A program made the translations under genes and the position numbers. This document shows positions 16,227 through 20,000 of a stretch of DNA of 20,000 nt, piece by piece. The first letter of the stretch is position 1; each line of letters opens with the position of its first letter. A model generated the notes under the pieces. The model made no database searches. It worked only from the letters and a program-made list of their open reading frames with translations, and had not been told where the DNA came from. This DNA is from an uncultured virus (IMG/VR IMGVR_UViG_3300020169_000014) (taxonomy: Duplodnaviria > Heunggongvirae > Uroviricota > Caudoviricetes). The DNA lies in IMG/VR virus record IMGVR_UViG_3300020169_000014, positions 52,226-72,225 of that record; one strand, 5' to 3'.

Positions 16227-16680
16227 TCTCTTTCATCTCCTCGGTGTATTCACCGATATCTTTATAAAACCATCCCACAACTCTCTTGGGACGACCACTA
16301 GGAAAGTATGCAATAGCATGAACGACAGTACCCATCTTACCTTCTCGATGTCTTCCATAACGTGCATCTAACCAGATACTAGAGTCGAGATACCTTTTCA
16401 GGTTTCCGAGATATACCTCTAGTGTCTGATACTCATGTCTTTCCTTAGAATCCTTCGATAGTCGTTGTGCCTTCTTGGATCGAAGTTCCACACCTATCTC
16501 TTTGACCCACTCGCGAACCTTTCTCCAATGTATCGGACTATCATCATCCATATCCAATAACAAAGGATGTACAGATTTTGAACCATCATGACCACGAGCC
16601 TCTCGTGCTTTTGCGAGTCTTTCACTCGCAGCGGCACGTTGGGCATCAGACATTGGTTTACGTTTGCGTTTTACTACCAT
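16117..16680 (-). CDS. Hypothetical phage protein with a basic N-terminal helix
   Basis: 187 aa ORF. KRKPMSDAQRAAASERLAKAREAR resembles an uncharacterised protein type seen near gp33 in T4-like phages. Function unknown. Confidence 0.75.
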   Translation of the reverse strand: MVVKRKRKPMSDAQRAAASERLAKAREARGHDGSKSVHPLLLDMDDDSPIHWRKVREWVKEIGVELRSKKAQRLSKDSKERHEYQTLEVYLGNLKRYLDSSIWLDARYGRHREGKMGTVVHAIAYFPSGRPKRVVGWFYKDIGEYTEEMKENDDRIYGTESEYRRDEHKRKLHEQEEVLEDGGEDGT

Positions 16681-16982
16681 GCTTCACACCGATATTCTAC
16701 AAGGTTTTCAGTACGGAAAGATCTCCAGTCATTCACTTCGGTATCGAATAGAACAACTAGTTCTTCATTACTCTTGCGTTCCTTACCTTCTTCGGGTACC
16801 TTGTCTAACGGAATATGTTCGGAACTCAAAGTACCAATCATATTACGAAGATCACCATTCACCTTCTTGAACTGTAGGTGCACGATACCCTCTTTCAAAG
16901 CATCAACTATTCCTTGCTTCTTCAATTCGAGCGACTGCTTCTTCATCATCTCCGGTGTTAGTTCGTTCACTGCTTGTTCCAT
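16674..16982 (-). CDS. WYL_2 / SH3-like beta-barrel protein (DUF2693-like)
   Basis: Motifs LKEGIVHLQFKKVNGDLRNMIGTL and VLFDTEVNDWRSFR. Start placed at ATG 16982, which has AGGAG 6 nt upstream. Confidence 0.8.
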   Translation of the reverse strand: MEQAVNELTPEMMKKQSLELKKQGIVDALKEGIVHLQFKKVNGDLRNMIGTLSSEHIPLDKVPEEGKERKSNEELVVLFDTEVNDWRSFRTENLVEYRCEAW

Positions 16983-17223
16983 TATCATCTCCTGACCCTG
17001 AGGCCTCTTCATGTAGTTGTTTTACCCAATCATCACCTTCATCAAAGTAAACGATTAATCGTTCGTTTGCAATGATAAGATCTTCGATGTTTTTTAACTC
17101 ACTTTCATCAGCACCATCTTTAATACGTTCTTGGACGTAAATGATGTTATTGACATAAGTGTCTTTCAGAATACGTTTAGTTACTTCTACGTCTTCTTTG
17201 AACTGCTTTTCCGTGTAGGACAT
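16903..17223 (-). CDS. Hypothetical acidic protein
   Basis: 106 aa ORF on the operon strand, with AAGGAG upstream of the ATG. Confidence 0.7.
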   Translation of the reverse strand: MSYTEKQFKEDVEVTKRILKDTYVNNIIYVQERIKDGADESELKNIEDLIIANERLIVYFDEGDDWVKQLHEEASGSGDDNGTSSERTNTGDDEEAVARIEEARNS

Positions 17224-17351
17224 AACGGGTCTTCTCCTTCAATTTTATTAATTTCTTGTTCATGCAGAACTTGCATTCTTCGTGATCTTCTTTGACTCTG
17301 TAATCTTTGTTGCGCAGATCTGAGTTTAAGATATCTCATTTGTTTAGACAT
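17187..17351 (-). CDS. Small basic hypothetical protein (~50-54 aa)
   Basis: Translated by hand: MSKQMRYLKLRSAQQRLQSQRRSRRMQVLHEQEINKIEGEDPLCPTRKSSSKKT*. It fills the gap directly downstream of a consensus promoter. The start is uncertain. Confidence 0.5.
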   Translation of the reverse strand: MSKQMRYLKLRSAQQRLQSQRRSRRMQVLHEQEINKIEGEDPLCPTRKSSSKKT

Positions 17352-17378
17352 TATATATCATTTCCTTACCACTGTCAA
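17350..17378 (-). promoter_or_regulatory. Perfect-consensus sigma70 promoter
   Basis: TTGACA (17378-17373), a 17 nt spacer, then TATAAT (17355-17350). Confidence 0.88.
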
Positions 17379-17489
17379 GTTAAATTTACCACTTTTTTAC
17401 ATTCATTCAGTCTACGAATACTCGACATCACTCCATATAGGTCATCCTCATTGTCTACACTAAACGCCAACCAAAATATTAACATCACT

Positions 17490-18035
17490 CTAAGGAGATA
17501 CAAACCAAGTTGGTGTCTCGCGTTTTGTCCATTTGGCAAAGTACTTTTTCTCCTGTACATAGTAGGTACGGTATCCGTCAACTACACTATCTCTTTTACA
17601 TTCGTCAGGCATACACTGTGGCATAACTGACTCATAGGCGGTCTGTTTGATGTTCTTAGGCGCAAACCATAACATACCGGATAGTTTGTCGTAGGTCGCA
17701 TGAACACGTCCATACCGGTGTTCATACTCCTTTGCAGTGGCCTTGAAGTGTTTGTATAACCAACGATAGTTCTTATCGTTCTCGCGACACCAGATGTTAG
17801 ATGGGTGGTTGACATGAGATGCCTTGTACAACAACTCCTCACGTGCAGATTCTGTAACCCTCCACCGTTTGATTTTACTACCGTTCTTGGTCTTGTCCAA
17901 ATACAACTCACCATCCAGTACACGATGTGCGGTAGACAGTAGTTGACCATATTCGATAACCATCTTGACTACATGTTTGTCACACATCAACTGTGCAGCT
18001 TTCACAGGATCATCATCTAATCGAAATACATTCAT
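17490..18035 (-). CDS. Pyrimidine dimer DNA glycosylase-like protein (DenV / Pyr_excise family)
   Basis: Motifs MNVFRLDDDPVKAAQLMCDKHVVKM..EYGQLLSTAHR, YKASHVNHPSNIW, NYRWLY, EYEHRYGRVH, PQCMPD and YRTYY. Confidence 0.8.
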   Translation of the reverse strand: MNVFRLDDDPVKAAQLMCDKHVVKMVIEYGQLLSTAHRVLDGELYLDKTKNGSKIKRWRVTESAREELLYKASHVNHPSNIWCRENDKNYRWLYKHFKATAKEYEHRYGRVHATYDKLSGMLWFAPKNIKQTAYESVMPQCMPDECKRDSVVDGYRTYYVQEKKYFAKWTKRETPTWFVSP

Positions 18036-18331
18036 TAATCAAAGTCCTCACAATCCCAAACACAAGAAACGATATTCTCTACATTAATAATGGGCAATTT
18101 TAATTCCGTGGCGATTTGAATGGTGGTATATCCATCTTCGTACATACCAATAACATTTGATACAACCGTACTTGCACTATCATAAAAATCATCATCAAGG
18201 TTCCAACGTCCACCGGTACGTCTCTCTTCTTTCTTACGGTCAACCATAACCGCAGACTTGTTGAAACGTTTAGCGAACTTAGCGACAGGATTGGAGGTCT
18301 TACCCAATCCATGTTTCTTTTTATTCGTCAT
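18035..18331 (-). CDS. Hypothetical protein with a basic N-terminus and a possible C-terminal HTH
   Basis: NPVAKFAKRFNKSAVMVDRKK, followed by GYTTIQIATELKLPIINVENIV. The stop is coupled to the next start (TAATG). Confidence 0.7.
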   Translation of the reverse strand: MTNKKKHGLGKTSNPVAKFAKRFNKSAVMVDRKKEERRTGGRWNLDDDFYDSASTVVSNVIGMYEDGYTTIQIATELKLPIINVENIVSCVWDCEDFD

Positions 18332-18425
18332 TTCCTTTCCCCTTTACCTCCCACCATACTACCATAAGTAAACAGAATATGGCAAGAGAAATAATATCAG
18401 AAAAAAGAAACTCACCACTAATCAT
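18321..18425 (-). CDS. Small membrane peptide (34 aa)
   Basis: Translated by hand: MISGEFLFSDIISLAIFCLLMVVWWEVKGKGNDE*. It fills the gap and overlaps both neighbours. Confidence 0.5.
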   Translation of the reverse strand: MISGEFLFSDIISLAIFCLLMVVWWEVKGKGNDE

Positions 18426-18777
18426 TGTTATACAACCCATAGTAAGTCTTACCAAAGATGCGGTATGCTTCTTTGTCTTTCACAACGTAGACTTCACGGA
18501 GACGACCAACATAACCAACACGAACAACCGTGTCGTAATCGATAGTTCCGTCACGCATCATCATGCGGAGGATCAAGTCATACTTCAAACCAATTGCGGA
18601 ATTCAAAAGTTCACCAACTTTATATTTTTCACGACCGAGTTGGATCTCTTTGTCAACGACAGGGCGTTCACCAAGTGCGTGAGAGACTTTCATATCACAA
18701 GTCAAGTCCATTCCCATGAACATAGAACGTTCACCAGTAGAACCGTACACAACATTACAAGTATATTGATTAAACAT
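18418..18777 (-). CDS. Hypothetical protein
   Basis: 119 aa ORF with GAGG upstream and TAATG coupling to the upstream gene. Confidence 0.65.
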   Translation of the reverse strand: MFNQYTCNVVYGSTGERSMFMGMDLTCDMKVSHALGERPVVDKEIQLGREKYKVGELLNSAIGLKYDLILRMMMRDGTIDYDTVVRVGYVGRLREVYVVKDKEAYRIFGKTYYGLYNND

Positions 18778-18944
18778 TATTTATCTTCCTCTTCAATTTT
18801 ATTACCATAGTAGTCGTTTTTACCTTCACGCATACCTTTTCGAATTTCGTCTCTTTCATACATCGCAGCGAGAGAACCACTGACCAAAAACACCGCAAAA
18901 ATAACTACCAACAACCAAGTTAGTATATTAGTTAACAATTCCAT
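18777..18944 (-). CDS. Small single-pass membrane protein
   Basis: MELLTNILTWLLVVIFAVFLVSGSLAAMYERDE... with strong GGAGGTG upstream of ATG 18944 and TAATG coupling. Confidence 0.7.
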   Translation of the reverse strand: MELLTNILTWLLVVIFAVFLVSGSLAAMYERDEIRKGMREGKNDYYGNKIEEEDK

Positions 18945-19087
18945 TACTTCACCTCCACCTGATCGACCCAAGCAACATCACGTTCAAGATAAGTATGTCT
19001 GTAGTTAAGGGCATCGACCATAGTGTCGAACATCTTACAGTTTATTAACTGGTCATTAACAACGTTTCTCAATACATATTTAATCAT
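18944..19087 (-). CDS. Small hypothetical early protein (47 aa)
   Basis: Translated by hand: MIKYVLRNVVNDQLINCKMFDTMVDALNYRHTYLERDVAWVDQVEVK*. It is the first gene after promoter cassette 1. Confidence 0.6.
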   Translation of the reverse strand: MIKYVLRNVVNDQLINCKMFDTMVDALNYRHTYLERDVAWVDQVEVK

Positions 19088-19091
19088 AACT

Positions 19092-19192
19092 TTCTCTCTC
19101 ATCTCAATAGGGTACTATTATCTCATTATTAGAACAAGAATGCAACACTTATTTCACTTATTTTTAGAACATTTTGTTATAAGCATATAACT
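19092..19192 (-). promoter_or_regulatory. Early promoter cassette, copy 1
   Basis: TTGCAT (19145-19140), 17 nt, GATAAT (19122-19117). It shares a 30 bp leader repeat (19092-19121) and a 32 bp upstream repeat (19161-19192) with copy 2. Confidence 0.75.
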
Positions 19193-19397
19193 CATCGTTT
19201 GGTATCGTTTGGTAGAGGAAAGAGAAAATGTTGTCAGTCTCTTGTGAAGTATTGGCTGCATCGACAACTACCATGTCAACGTTATCATTGTCATACCAAT
19301 CCATCTTGTTGGTGAAGCGGTCTGCAACACGATTGAAGTAGAACACGTGAGTATCATCAGTCTTGGCGTAATTGAATATTCTGTCTTTCATAATCAT
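19164..19397 (-). CDS. Small hypothetical early protein
   Basis: ORF between the two cassettes. Start placed at ATG 19397 by analogy with copy 1 (ATGATTA after the GAGAGAG leader). Confidence 0.6.
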   Translation of the reverse strand: MIMKDRIFNYAKTDDTHVFYFNRVADRFTNKMDWYDNDNVDMVVVDAANTSQETDNIFSFLYQTIPNDELYAYNKMF

Positions 19398-19398
19398 C

Positions 19399-19489
19399 TT
19401 CTCTCTCATCTCAATAGGGTACTATTATACCACCACTCTATGTATCACACAACCCCTTTTTTAGAACATTTTGTTATATGCATATAACT
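19399..19489 (-). promoter_or_regulatory. Early promoter cassette, copy 2
   Basis: TTGTGT (19452-19447), 17 nt, TATAAT (19429-19424). Repeats at 19399-19428 and 19458-19489. It contains the perfect palindrome GTTATATGCATATAAC. Confidence 0.75.
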
Positions 19490-19549
19490 TTTTCGAATAT
19501 GGAACGAGAGTGGGATACTATATTGGGTAGGTGAACCCACCCCTTGGTA

Positions 19550-19732
19550 CTATAATCCAATGAGACCCCACCCATGATTCGCTATAGCATTGAGGATGAT
19601 AAAGATACAAGTCGCCATATGAGTACACCACCACACAGTCCTAATGCCAGCAACAGTATTAGCTTGGGTATCAGTTTCTCCGACCTTTTCACCTAGACTC
19701 TTCGCCCATATTCTCCACCACTTATGTATCAT
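19550..19732 (-). CDS. Small hypothetical membrane protein
   Basis: WWRIWAKSLGEKVGETDTQANTVAGIRT followed by a hydrophobic C-terminus. ATG 19732 overlaps the end of the upstream gene. Confidence 0.65.
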   Translation of the reverse strand: MIHKWWRIWAKSLGEKVGETDTQANTVAGIRTVWWCTHMATCIFIILNAIANHGWGLIGL

Positions 19733-20000
19733 ACAAACCCAAATATTGGTCAACTCTACTTATTACTTCTAAGTTAAACTCCGCTACATCACGTTCACTA
19801 AGCAACTTTTCTTTCTGTGCTTGGATGCCAATACCTATTTTATTATAATCATTAATGACGCATTCATACTTACCACCACGCCACATCTCTTCAACAACAC
19901 ATGCTTCACACGCATCATGTAGGTTATCATAAACACCGACTACGTAGGAGTGATTTTCTCTATCACCCCAACGTAATGCTTCAACTACATAATATTCGGT
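19722..20000 (-). CDS. Hypothetical protein, C-terminal part (start lies outside the window)
   Basis: Open frame of 92 codons: TEYYVVEALRWGDRENHSYVVGVYDNLHDACEACVVEEMWRGGKYECVI...QYLGLYDT*. Confidence 0.65.
   Translation of the reverse strand, partial: TEYYVVEALRWGDRENHSYVVGVYDNLHDACEACVVEEMWRGGKYECVINDYNKIGIGIQAQKEKLLSERDVAEFNLEVISRVDQYLGLYDT

Noticed and set aside
17375..17581. 68 aa - strand ORF overlapping the glycosylase gene
   Set aside because: About 90 nt overlap and no clear start or SD. A short real ORF in 17375-17490 cannot be excluded.
19092..19489. 30-32 bp repeats as a mini CRISPR array
   Set aside because: Two different alternating blocks with two copies each, about 300 bp apart, matching promoter architecture. 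No cas genes are present.
19524..19542. Hairpin GGGTGGG-TTCA-CCTACCC (- strand) as a terminator or tRNA fragment
   Set aside because: No U-tract follows and no cloverleaf can be built. It may be a weak terminator or processing stem, but support is too thin.

Overview
A 20 kb segment of a T4-like (Tevenvirinae-superfamily type) myophage genome. The gene content resembles environmental or marine T4-like phages, but the host cannot be assigned from this window. Bases 1-9288 (- strand) form a baseplate operon: gp48, gp53, a probable gp27-like hub, a gp5 locus spread over four genes, gp25 and the start of gp6. Bases 9340-14876 (+ strand) carry gp4, a sulfotransferase, gp2, gp54, gp26, an unannotated gp51-like ORF and the tape measure protein. 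Bases 14907-20000 (- strand) carry gp32, gp33, a WYL-like protein, a DenV-like glycosylase and small early genes, driven by sigma70-type promoters. Three observations stand out. (1) A U_UUU_UUA slippery heptamer at the end of gp26 would join it by a -1 frameshift to a start-less gp51-like ORF just upstream of the tape measure gene, the same layout as lambda gpG/gpGT. (2) The gp5 locus is split and carries three different peptidoglycan-hydrolase folds, two of which look catalytically dead. (3) A duplicated early-promoter cassette has an upstream palindrome. All family calls come from recognising motifs by eye, not from database searches.
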